A DNA stretch of 64,000 nucleotides. Source: Phoronis australis (lineage: Eukaryota > Animalia > Phoronida). Below the pieces are notes generated by a model. It ran no database searches. It was not told where the DNA came from and saw only the letters and a program-made list of their open reading frames with translations. The position numbers were made by a program, and so were the translations under genes. The number at the start of each line of letters is the position of its first letter. The stretch's first letter is position 1. Positions 27,301-38,430 of this stretch are shown one piece after another. Where the stretch lies: contig NMRA01000016.1 of the NCBI GenBank assembly GCA_002633005.1, positions 1,525,860 to 1,589,859 on the forward strand, in the 5' to 3' direction.

Positions 27301-30300
27301 AAAAGAGGAAACATTTTCAGGTGACGTATTGTTCCACAAATAGGCTTGTGTGATAGAAATATTTTTGTGTTGTGCAGATTAGAAATAAACATTTTTGAAG
27401 GAGTAAAGTCAAAATAATGATAAAAAAGAGAAGAAAAAAGAGGAAACTGGAAATCAAATAAGAGGAAATCGAAACCAAAAATGAGGAAACCCTCTTAAAA
27501 GGGGAAAATTACAAGCTTTGTTGAAATAATAACATCATGCATACTTTGTATTACAAATGAGACTGACCTACTCTGCTCTGTAGTATATCTCTGACACCTT
27601 TGAGAACAAATTGGCTCCATTCCGGTAAAACCTGACCAAATCGCAACTGTAAATAGCACAGTAACAACAAGACTAATAACAACATCAAAATTTAACAAAA
27701 AATATAATTGTACGCTGTACCAGACGTGCGCAGGCCGCACCTGTGTGCCCATTGCACTGATCACATGGAATCAGTTTTATGCTTTAATATACAGACAAAA
27801 CCAAGCCGAGAAGTAGAAACCTGACTCAAGGGTCTAGCAGTATGGCCCAGTGGGACTCGAACTCACGATCTTGAGTAAAGAAAGCAGACAGGCCACACTG
27901 GCTCCTGCTTAATGATTAGCAGAAGTAATAAAAAGAACGGTAACTTACATCACACATGTGAAACACTTTGTGATCTAAAACCAATATCACTGACATACGA
28001 TGTATTTAATATTTGGATTCACTGACAGACTGGGAGATACAAAACAGTGTTACAACTTTACTAAACAAAGTTGAGCCTGAAAGACATTAATATGAAATGA
28101 ACCATTGAAAATACGACAGTGTTAACCGTATTTACACAGGAGACAGCTGTCACAGATCAACTAACATGGAACAGTTGATCTGGTGCAAGTGCGTGTGTGT
28201 GTGTGCATGTGTACGTGTGTTTGTGTGTAAGCACGGCTGACATGGAGCAAGTTGACACTACGGTGACCATTTTTGACACCAGTTTGAAAGGTAGAGTGAG
28301 TTGCACTCGATCACTTGCTCCAGTTTCAATGAAACGTCTAAACACAACGGGGCATGGCAGAAAGGGATCATCTTTCAATATGCTTGAGCAACAGGATATA
28401 TACATAAGTGATCCGCTGGTATTCCACGTGGTTTGGATGCTCGCTGTTGTTCATACGAGCATACACAGACAGTCTCCATGTAAATGACTCCTGTTGATCC
28501 AGCTAGCTATCTAATGTCATGTAAATGCGTCTAAAGTGGAGCAAGTCGCGCTGTGACAACTGTGACAGCTATGAAGTGAAACAATTTCAACTTACCCCAG
28601 TAAGAGATACGCACAAGGTTGCCAGTAAATCACACACTTTGAACTTTCCTAAGTCCTGAAATAACATTTAGAACAGGAAACGCTTAATAAATGGAAAGCA
28701 ACGTATGATTCAGTAGTTAAATATTTGAAATAGGTATCAACTTGTAACTAGTTTGTCAGTAGATGAGTAGTTAGTTACTAGTTCACTCGTAAAGCAAAAG
28801 GAACAGCTAATTCAAAAAGTCGAGTAACTATTGATATTCCTACATATTGTGATATCACAAATATTTCAATGTAACTCTTCTTATCATTTGACTATAAAAA
28901 ATTGACCTATCGCCAGGATTTTGAATGACTGCTTAACTGACCAATCAGAATGCAGCATTTTTGACACACCTTCGTTTCCAAGCTGCCACTTTACATGACT
29001 TCTCTCACAGGAGCGAAACTTGCAATAGGTCAATTACCACGAATCATTGAAATGTTCTTTAACGCAATAGAATGCGTTAATCTGTAGTAAACAACACAAA
29101 CTGATATTTCCATGGTGTGATACTCAACCTGAGATTCTGCAAACTGCTTGGCATACTTTATGAGGACATTATCAACTGATGTCAAGTATCCCTGCCAGGT
29201 GGCGCTGCCGCAGTGAAGGAGAAGCATCAATAGAACCTGGAGGGCATTTTCATGGCCTACAACAAAGAAGGCAAAATTCTTGATTGGAGTTCACATTTGG
29301 TTGTCAGAAAAAATAACGCACTCAAGATCAACAGAGAAAGGGAAAAATAGTTAAACTTACGTAAAATACTGGACATGCATTAGCAGAAAATGCAACATAT
29401 GACTAATGAACTATGTTAACTAACTCATTAAAACAACTGTATATGGGTTATAAGAACTGAAGAGCATCATATAAATGAGCAGGTGGATGGGAACACAATA
29501 TGAGCTTTGATAAAACTGTGACAAAAACACATTCAAACTTGAAATCTTTGTCTTAGTATAAGAATGGTAGTTTAGTATAACATGCAGAGCACCCCACGTC
29601 AATGGCACATTAAAATTAGCAGAAGCACACTGGGATTGACGACTTGTGAATTAAACTTATGTCGGCATTGATTACTTATTTTGTTTCAGAACTTTACTAC
29701 TGAATATTACCATAATGTTCATGAGCAATGGTTTGACTTAGCACCAGTGTTGTTTTGTTGTTCAGGAGGGCTTGTCTGCCTTCTGGCTCATTGGCTAGAG
29801 CTAACATACATTGGAAGGTATCATCTATAAGGTGACAGTCAGTGTCGTCACATGGTTCATCTTCTGATGATGGACTGCAATAAAAATAAATATAAAAACT
29901 ATGTCACATTTTGCAAATATCAGCATACTCTACATAAATGATGACAAACTACTTGTTTTCATAATAAATAGTTTTCGCTAATTCTCCACCTTTAACGCTT
30001 CATTCTTCTGTGTCTTGGAAACAGTGATAATCACAGGAATATTACAATTAGAAATGATTATTAATACTACTCATTATAAACCAATTGAAAACTAAACAGC
30101 TAATAAGCAAATCAAACTTTTCATAATAGTCTCACTACAGGGTTGAACCGCCAGATAGACAGGGGTCTCAGAGTCAATCAAGATGATTTATGTTCCAGCA
30201 TATGCACACTTCAACTACTGGATTAACTAACAGTTTGCACTTTGAGACATTTAGAAAAAATCTCACCTGGGATCTACACAGATAATTTCTTTGAATACGG

Positions 30301-32115
30301 GGATAAACGACAATAGTTCTGGATGAACCACCAAGTTGGGATCTGTACAGAAGCAGGCTAATATAGTTGAGGCTATGGACCTGTACGTGTTGGGTGGACA
30401 GCCTTCGGGTGCTTGTCCTGAAAATAAAGAACTATTATTTGGCGAGGAAAGCGAATCAGGTAATGCTTTTCCGTTGCTATTTCTCTAAAAATTGCCAACA
30501 ATTGGCAGAGAGGCAATGAAACCCGATTGTCACAATACAAGCCTTATGACCCACAGGAATAGATAGGATTTTTAAATCCTATTTATCATAGCTATGAGCC
30601 ATAAATTATCATAATGCCTTCATGAAAAGAATTTGTGCAGTCATGTGTTAAAACACGATCATCAAAATTTGTATTGTGTGCAAACTCTGTTCGTGAACGA
30701 TGATCAGGTGATCACTTCACGACAGCTACAAAATGTTCCACACTAGAATTTATTGCCTTTTTACAATACTGGTGATGTGGGGATAATATGAACTCTGAAC
30801 ATTTGGTAGATTGCTGACAGTCAAGATATTACAAAATCAGTCTCCATAAGCTATAAACATAGCATGACACAAAGAAAAGGTCTGGTCCCTTACTAGACTG
30901 GATGAGTCTCTTGAGAAATTTAAAGCCAATGGCATCAAATATTTGCTTCCTTGTTTCTGCAGAGCAATCTTCTGACTTCACTACTTTAGTTACCTGTGAG
31001 AGAAGAGAACACACATTAATTATAAAAATCTTTGTCTTGAACCTACAGATAACACTATGAATCAAGTTCTGCTTAGTAAAAATCACTTCACAGATAGACT
31101 ACCTCAAAAATGGAAAGAAACTGGACATCTGGCTAAATGTCACTTTACAACACATGAAACAGTCATGTTGCTTTTTGTCTTGATCTGCTTACATGAGGTC
31201 GTGACTTGAAAGCTTGATGTCACAGTCCAATGGTTGTGGGTTCAATTTCAAAGTGACACAAACTGCTGTACTCTCTCTGATTCACAAGAAGACATTAATC
31301 CATCTTAATTGAAAGGCAAGCAAATGAAAAATTTGTTTTTTGAGTAACCAGTAGTTCATTCACAACTGCCCTTGTATAAGAGCTCGAGGTTTTGGGCTGT
31401 GTTTTTTCTTGACCTTAATACCTGCGGGGATTAAAATTCCTGTAACAACTCCAACGCTGCTCGCGCCCAGAGATATGATATCATATCCCCTGGCGAGGGT
31501 AGTGTAAAAATGGCCAGTTGCCAATTTGGGCAACTGAATGCAGGAATGCTCGAAAAGTTTGATTGCAGGCCATTTGTTCAAGTTGGTAGGAATTAAAGAC
31601 ATCAACGGCCTTCTAAGTTCTCCCTCTATGCGCAAATGGAACTATAGCAAGATGACTTTGATGGTTTCATCAGTGTGAGGTATAATTTGCCGAAAAGCGT
31701 CCGGCCCATGAAGGGCCAATGGGATGGCCACACTCTCTTCACTGCCAGTCTTGAGACAGTCAGTGGCACAGGCTTTGCATAAGTTGGTAAAAAATTCAAA
31801 ACTAGTTCAAAGAGTGAGTAGAGATATTGCAAAACGGAGCCACACAACAACTTCTACATGTCTTGTGAACACGTGGATGCTGCCATTGTCATACTAGGTT
31901 AAAATTAAAAGAAAGTTATGATGGCACTGTCTCTGCAGTCATGCCGATAGTCGGCAGCACAAACGGGGCACCTGTCTAACTTAAGAATGAACGAGTTTTA
32001 CTCTTTTTACCGCAAAGGAAAAATAGGACGTGACAGCAATCATCACTGAGATTCTCATATATAAATTCTCCTGGCTTACAAGTAACAGCGCCGCAAATCT
32101 TTCATTGTCTGATTC
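18332..32115 (-). CDS. NCDN: Neurochondrin (norbin), 17 exons, 5' end missing at the N at 32116
   Basis: Exons in transcription order: 32080-32115, 30894-30993, 30267-30417, 29711-29874, 29129-29256, 28596-28655, 27568-27646, 26972-27153, 26337-26525, 25716-25831, 23952-24186, 23544-23667, 22856-22939, 21193-21351, 19975-20073, 19239-19356, 18332-18377; all GT-AG and phase-consistent. Peptides DNERFAALLLVTK, IFDAIGFKFL.RL, ILACFCTDP, IDDTFQC, KFLLLLVHLTCIEIRM, VRVLSAWLAEETSAL and LWFLGMQ match neurochondrin. Confidence 0.94.
19239..19356 (-). CDS. NCDN: NCDN penultimate coding exon
   Basis: SNVDRDVAVAYGAFLSDLTAKKGLARQVVIEKGGRAIA. Confidence 0.85.
19975..20073 (-). CDS. NCDN: NCDN exon
   Basis: LASCIERFAYLPHLILKSGWVPSLLKHL. 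Confidence 0.88.
21193..21351 (-). CDS. NCDN: NCDN exon
   Basis: LFNAVIHFQSGAH...YRGLWGQLSDLWFLGMQ. Confidence 0.93.
22856..22939 (-). CDS. NCDN: NCDN exon
   Basis: YDHTNLMLVGNFTVLSMMMIRL. Confidence 0.87.
23544..23667 (-). CDS. NCDN: NCDN exon
   Basis: IAMITICGIFLNFGIFEHRMVAQNPVFHNLLKF. Confidence 0.9.
23952..24186 (-). CDS. NCDN: NCDN exon
   Basis: DLLRFLLPSLCHFSSEDNSRAILVE. Confidence 0.92.
25248..25736. repeat. Minisatellite, ~11 x 44 bp, whose unit is the NCDN exon/intron junction
   Basis: Unit TAAATAAGGA(C/T)CATACCTTCACGCTACCCTTACCAGGTTTGTAA; two units have a 9-bp deletion; the last unit overlaps exon 25716-25831. Confidence 0.95.
25716..25831 (-). CDS. NCDN: NCDN exon
   Basis: STVRVLSAWLAEETSALKDEVYKLLPYLLQT|gtaagg. 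Confidence 0.93.
26337..26525 (-). CDS. NCDN: NCDN exon
   Basis: LLTTCYALLEHII...QLHSAMVGAFNAVIHFL. Confidence 0.93.
26972..27153 (-). CDS. NCDN: NCDN exon
   Basis: AEQRSSALHLASAM...KFLLLLVHLTCIEIRMTLE. Confidence 0.93.
27568..27646 (-). CDS. NCDN: NCDN exon
   Basis: LRFGQVLPEWSQFVLKGVRDILQSRV. Confidence 0.85.
27710..27900 (-). mobile_element. tRNA-derived SINE, copy 1
   Basis: Minus strand has B box GAGTTCGAGTCC; head and body are shared with 38240-38430. Confidence 0.7.
28145..28570. mobile_element. Possible MITE with internal TG-rich microsatellite
   Basis: 11-bp inverted ends AGCTGTCACAG ... CTGTGACAGCT; (TG)n-like tract at 28190-28228. Confidence 0.4.
28596..28655 (-). CDS. NCDN: NCDN exon
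   Basis: DLGKFKVCDLLATLCVSLTG. Confidence 0.85.
28901..29034. mobile_element. MITE family A, copy 2 (internally deleted)
   Basis: TIR ATTGACCTAT ... ATAGGTCAAT; body shared with the 5964 and 54314 copies. Confidence 0.8.
29129..29256 (-). CDS. NCDN: NCDN exon
   Basis: HENALQVLLMLLLHCGSATWQG...KQFAESQ. Confidence 0.88.
29711..29874 (-). CDS. NCDN: NCDN exon
   Basis: HLIDDTFQCMLALANEPEGRQALL. Confidence 0.9.
30267..30417 (-). CDS. NCDN: NCDN exon
   Basis: QAPEGCPPNTYRSIASTILACFCTDPNLVVHPELLSFIPVF. Confidence 0.92.
30894..30993 (-). CDS. NCDN: NCDN exon
   Basis: VTKVVKSEDCSAETRKQIFDAIGFKFLKRLIQS. Confidence 0.93.
32080..32115 (-). CDS. NCDN: NCDN exon (truncated at N)
   Basis: ESDNERFAALLL|gtaag. 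Confidence 0.88.
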
Positions 32116-32348
32116 NTGTTAACCAAATAGGAATATTTGCCGTTATGTTTAAAAGTTGAGAGATGATGTGGTGTATTGGTTCCTCCAGCTTAGGTTTTTC
32201 AATAGTCCTACGTTATATGGGATTGGTTGTCACTGAGGAGTTCTCTCATGGGCAATGTGGTAGAAATAAGACACTTGTGTCTTCATTCAGTTGTTTTCTA
32301 GAGGGCAAAACCAGTGAATTTAGCAACATAGGCTACCATAAATCTGAG

Positions 32349-32802
32349 CAGGCCTTTATGCAGCTTACGTCCTGGGCGTCCATTTGGACGCCCAAGCACT
32401 AATATGGAAGCCCTGGCAAGGACGCCCAATGTATCATTTGGACGCCCACTATCAATAGGAACCTTTCAAGTTTGGACACAAACATTGTAATGATCACTAG
32501 GAAGCCTATAAAGACTCACAGTGGTGGCTCTTTTTTCAAAGCAGGAAGAAATATACAATGTATATACAATGTTGCTATGCTCACACTTGGTTGATAGCAT
32601 TGTAAAAGTCTTGGTCTGCACGTTTTTTTAGTAAAAATGCTCACTACAGAAAGCTGTTTTGTAAACTTAGATGTAAAAAATAATCTGCGTGTTTGGGGGG
32701 ATTGCTGGTGGTGGGGGGTTACGCGTCGGAATCATGGACGCCCTGGAATATTGGGAACCCCATTTTGGACACCCTATTTTCGAAATCCTGGATAAAGGCC
32801 TG
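32349..32802. mobile_element. Non-autonomous DNA transposon (CAGG...CCTG ends)
   Basis: TIR CAGGCCTTTATGCAG / CTGGATAAAGGCCTG; repeated subterminal GGACGCCC motifs at both ends; no clear TSD. Confidence 0.7.
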
Positions 32803-33334
32803 TACTGGACTGCTGTGGTCCTTTTTCTTCGTCCTAGTTTTGAAAATCTCTGCATGAAAGTGGTTTGCAAAATATTGGACCTTCAACAGAGTCTTTCACT
32901 ATTTTCTGTGGACTGATTCAGACCAGGACAGTCCGCGAATGCAGCTGTTCTCTTTGTAAACACTCCAGGTTATGCTGAAATAAGTATATACCATACTAGC
33001 TTCTTTTATGATTAATGTAGATTATAGCATGTACACATGTACCTATTATAGTTTATGCTTAGACCCTAGTCTATACTTTAGTGATTACGATAACTTAACT
33101 TTTATTTACAATTATATCTCTGTGTTATTCTCCACTTTTAGCTTAAGTTTCATTTTCTTCATGCTTCTGTTAAATTTAATGTCATAGAAGTAGCCCAATG
33201 GGCTAATGTTAATCTGTTCTTCGAAAGACGTTAAATAAAGCTTCTTGATTCTTGTGTCTTGAAAATAGACTTTTGTGCTGCATTTAAAGCTGAGAAACCT
33301 GTACAATATCATTCATGGTCTGAATTGCAGTTAA

Positions 33335-34241
33335 AGGCGAAGGCAACCTATTTACATGTCATTTTTAGCAAAAATAAAGTTTGTTGATTATACCAAACAT
33401 ATTTTCCACTTAATTACAGCTTTTCGTAATTTGATTAATTATTTGTTTTCTACTCCGGAAGTGATGTTTTAGGAGGCAAGGATTTCGCCCCAATTTCTTT
33501 TCCCGTAGTCTGACTATATGAGCGTTGACGAGTCTGTCATAGATCTACCTCGGTTGTCATATAAGTTCAGTCGTCGTTTGCTTTTGTTTACGAGTCAGTC
33601 AACATGCCACACTGTTGCTGCCTGCCGGGATGTACTCATTATGGCCCAAAGCCTGTAAGCAGCCCTGCTGTGATATTGAGTAGTGGGAGTGAATACAGGC
33701 TCCGTTCGACACCCAGTGACGAGGACAGTTCGTGGTTCAATGAACAGATTGGTGAGCCAAACTTTGATAAGTTTATTCTAGACTTGTCTAAAGTATTGGA
33801 GCTATTTAGAAGGTGCCAGGTGTGTGGCAAGGGTGTCACACGGCGGGGTGTAAGCAGTTTGTGTGCTCAAGTCACTGTGAGTGTGTCGCGGACACTCGGG
33901 CAAGTGGGACAGTTGTTCCTCTGTCCGTGGGACGATAATGAGTACATCCCGGTACACAGCACCAATGTGGCATGTTGACTGACTCGTAAACAAAAGCCCA
34001 CGATGACTGAACTTATCAAAACCGCGAGATAGAACAATGACTGATTGGGCAGCTCTCACAGTCAGACTATACGAAAAGAAATAGGCGGGAAATTCTTGCC
34101 TCCCAAAACGTCACCTCCGGAGTTGAAAACGAATTATTAATCGAATTACGAAAAGCTGTAATTCAGGGGAAAATATGTCTGGGATAACCAACGAACCTTA
34201 CTTTTGCTAAAAAAGATAATGAAAAAAGGTTGCCTTCGCCT
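33335..34241 (+). mobile_element. Kolobok-like non-autonomous foldback DNA transposon with THAP/transposase remnant ORF (33604-33978)
   Basis: TTAA|AGGCGAAGGCAACCT ... AGGTTGCCTTCGCCT|TTAA (TTAA TSD, RR..YY ends); ~277-bp imperfect inverted arms 33335-33611 / 33966-34241; ORF starts MPHCCCLPGC (THAP-like) and contains LLELF-like VLELFRRCQVCG. Confidence 0.85.
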
Positions 34242-37200
34242 TTAAACAGTAGAGATGGTGGAACTCCTATATACATACACCGGAAGCTTTTTGGTAAATT
34301 AAGCCTCACACTGACTAAAACATCAAAATCATGTTCTTTTAAGTACATTTTGCACTGCCGATGTCTCTAATTTCTTTCAACTTGAACAAATATTCCGTTA
34401 TCAAGGTTTTTCTTTGAACAGTCCTTCAGTTGAATTCCCAAAATCGGTAACTGGCCATTTTTACTCTGTGCGCACTTCTATTTATACTGTGCCTGCTTGG
34501 TGATAATACATCATATCCCCTGGCATGCGTACCTCTAAAAATGGAGCCAGGGTAGCCAGTGCCTAAGAAATCTAGGCTGTGATATTCCTCCTGTAAAACC
34601 TACCCATTTTAAAATACAAATAATAACTACAAATGAAACATGCATATGTACGCAATCTCTTATGATTATACATATCAACAATAACAATGTAGGCAACACA
34701 ATTTGAACAATGTCCAAAAAATTGTATAGAATTTCGCTCAAGCTTTTCTTGGCGAATGGCACTTTGAAGACGTGAAATCATACATGTTCACGTGTCCAAA
34801 GTCCCAGGGTATACAAATCTTACAAGTTTCTCTGGTTGATGGCATGTCAGCAACGGAGAAATGTGCCACACTTGTTATGTTGCAATCCTATAACCAGGTA
34901 ATTTACGTAAAGCCTTTCAAACAGGTTTGATGCATTTTTGTGTCACCTATCGCTTTTCAAGCCCGTTTTTGGCGTCCACCTCTCTATCCACCAAACTGCT
35001 CAAAGGATCATTGCGAAACTTGTCTGCTGTATTTCTGATGTGAAGACCACGTCTGAAATTGATTTTCGGGAAAGTTCGATGATTTTTGCGCCCCCTGAAG
35101 GTCTACCTCTCTGTCTCCTTCACCCTTGAAGGGAGCTCTGGGAAATTTGGCAGATATGTTCCTATGGAGCTGACAGCGTATTTTGACAACTGGTAGACCA
35201 ATCCAACAACCGCTATGCCCCTTTTTGGCAATTTTATTTTTTTATATTTGGCATTGTATCTTTAGAGTTCATGGATGGAGTTTTGAGGAATTTGACAAAT
35301 ACTAGTAGGTTCCCATTGAGGAGGCAGTGACACTATTCCATTTCGGTATTGATTCGATGTATTTTTGCACCACCTAGTTGACAAAAATGTCAAGTCTGTT
35401 TTTCACATCCCTCTTGTTATTCGCTTAACCACTTATAAGAGGCATTATCTGAAAAAACCTGCAAAATCGTAAAATGTTGGCGGAAGCAAGTTAAAATTCA
35501 TTGATTTTGACAACGTTGTTTTACTAAGGATAAGAAAGAATAAAGGAAAAACTAACGTAACGGAACCCTAAAAATGTTTTTGTATGAATTTCAGCACATC
35601 CAATATCCCCATGTATTCCTTAGTATGTTATTTCAAAAGGCTTTTCTTAAGTGTGGTTCCAAACTATTTTGAGCGGTGTATTTGCCTACACTAAACTAAG
35701 ATGACAGAAAAATATTTCACCGTCGAAATTGTGGGAACTTTTAGAAATTTTCTGTGAAATGCCACTTAATACACATTTTGCTAATTCTATGAGGCTCTCT
35801 TGCATTGGAGGTAAAATTGCAGAGTTCATCAGAACGAGGAGACTCGTTCGCGTCTGTGATATACAGCGATTTTCTTCGAAATTTGACTCTATTTATGTAT
35901 GGATACCTGGTTTTTATTTAATAATTAGCAAAATTCTGTTAAATTGTTGTATTTACTTTGCGTGGAAGTGATTATTGTCTATAGAATAGTACCAGGCAGT
36001 TTTGAATTAAATTAGCTATCATAAACAGCTGACCCCAGCAGAACAGACTTCCTAGCCGGATGGGTGAGCCCTTGATTTTGTATTGGTTTGAGATCCAGTT
36101 CCTACCACTGAATAACGGACATTATTCAGTGGAGTAACTGTTTCTGAATTTTAGCAAATAGCTTCCTATTTGAGAGATGAGGACAACTTTCCGGACATGT
36201 TCTGCTTCATCTTTGGGCCATTTTTATAATTATTAATAAACACTTCTAGAAGCAAATCATCTGCAGTACTGTCTTGGGTGCATTCCAACAATCCATGCTA
36301 CTCTTGTTATGTGTGTAATACGTCATCAGTTCCTAAATGTGTATCTTTGTATAGGAAAGATCTAGAGGATATTTCCCACTTGTACTGGTGTTGTAAATGA
36401 GTGTCCTTACGACTTTCACTGTTTCAGTGGTTAAATCAAAATCCAATTGACCCTTCGCAAACTGAAACAGGCCTCAAATTCTGCGTCTATTTCTAGTACT
36501 CTTCATTAAAGTTAATTGAATACAAGTTGACTTAGCTTTGTAATGGAATTCAAATTTCAGCTTATGATTGAAAAATATGCTCCTACCTTTGCTCAAGTGT
36601 TTCATATTGTAGACACATGTGTCTTGTTTTTTATGGGTACATCTGCACTTGTAATGAAGCTAATGGCTTGACATCGTGGACCCTGGTTCCTTCAAGTGAA
36701 GTTGTAGTTATGTCAGGACTTCTGCATGTTTAGTTGTAATACTTTTGGTCTTTTTACTGGTATTATAAATTGCTTGTGGGCCGATGAAATGAAAATAATT
36801 AATGCTGTACAAGTTAGTCAAACATTTAGGATTATCATATGTTCAGTGAAGAGTCCTTATAGATTTGGAGTATTTGGCCTTTGCATGTATTACAGTACTT
36901 GGACCAGGCAATCGGTCTTTGCTGGCAAGGTATAGCACAACATCGGAACTTTTAACATGGTGAGGATGTTTTTAGGTGAATGAATTCTCATTAGTTCGCA
37001 TTAGAGATTCAAATGCTGTTTACTGTTTTGGGTAATATTTAAATCATCAAAATGGTATTTGAAGTAGTACTTTTAGTCATCATCTTTACATTTGTGAGAT
37101 TTAGTCCTTCAGCCATAACTGCATGAAGTTGACCACTGAAGTATAGAGATCGAGGTAATACAAATCTTGATTTTTGGTCGTAGCATGAGCTCATGTCAGA

Positions 37201-38239
37201 GCAGTTTAACTATTTTTATCTTTAAGTACCAGGAAGCCATGCGAAGTGAATTTAAGCAACCGATAGTTTATAGCAGATATTCAAGAGTGTAGACGTACAC
37301 TTTTAAACATCCCAGATGATAGTGAAGCAGATACTGAATTTTCTGGAAACATAACCCATGTAGCTAACTAAAATTTTTTGATTTTAATGTCAAGTAATAT
37401 CCCCCCAGAAATATTCTACACTCTGCAGATTTGTAGCATGTTAAATTTACATGTAGGCCCAAAGGCACATTTGATTGTGATTGTGAGACTAATTTTGAAA
37501 CCTGTCTCTTACTAACTTCGAGTTGACCCACCCACCTCAATATCAGGCAGTCTCGAAACTTTTTTCAAAAGTAGCTGGTATTACCTGAACCAATTGTCAA
37601 ACACTAAGGCTAGCTAATAACATAAGAATTTCCTGAAACCTAGATCAATAGGGCATGAAAATATTTACTTTGTTTATCTGATTGTGGAGTTCTTTCTCAA
37701 TACAATCTGCCCATACCCTCAACACCCTGTGGTTCACCATTGCCTTGCGGCAGCTGTACTGGTACTGGTGTGCATGTGCTCTGGTGCAAATCAGTTTGAC
37801 CTGGCCTCTTTTCAAGGTAGTCAGCAGCTTCATCGCGGAGTTTTGTCGCAGTTGACATGAACGGCTGTTTCAGCTCATCCACACATGCCTGGATATAACT
37901 TGGTTAGAGCTGAGGGTATAGAGAGGTACTTCATTACCATGCACTGTCCCAATGCATGCTAGCCAGCTGATCAGATGGCGATAATTTTAGATGAAAAAAA
38001 TTAATGCAGTTTATACCAGGTGTACAAGTTAAATTTGTGCCTTAAGAATGGACAATTTGTTTGCAGATCTTCTGCGGTTAAATCAATTAGTGTATACGCA
38101 CATATAATCCATGGGCCTAAGGTGCCGATTTGTACAACATGACCTGAGGAGTACAGTGTCAATCTCTGCTGTGAGTGAAACTGGCCATGACAAAACGGTG
38201 CACATTTAAAAAAAAATAATTTCAGGCTGTCTGGTACAC

Positions 38240-38430
38240 ATGGTATGACACGTGTGCACGCAGCGCATGTGGGCCTATTGCACTAATCACCTGGAGCCTT
38301 TTTTATGCTTTATTAATATATCTGAGGAGCTAGAAACCTGACTCAAGGTTTTAGCAGTGTGACCCAGTGAGACTTGAACTCACGACCTCGAGTAAAGAAA
38401 GCGGGCACCTATAACACTAGGCCACACTGC
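38240..38430 (-). mobile_element. tRNA-derived SINE, copy 2
   Basis: Minus strand: A box TGGCCTAGTGT and B box GAGTTCAAGTC, followed by a body shared with 27710-27900. Confidence 0.75.

Noticed and set aside
34930-35420. Degenerate dispersed repeat resembling 10410-10570, 21740-22030 and 53480-53720
   Set aside because: Probably old non-autonomous transposon relics, but boundaries and family cannot be defined by eye.
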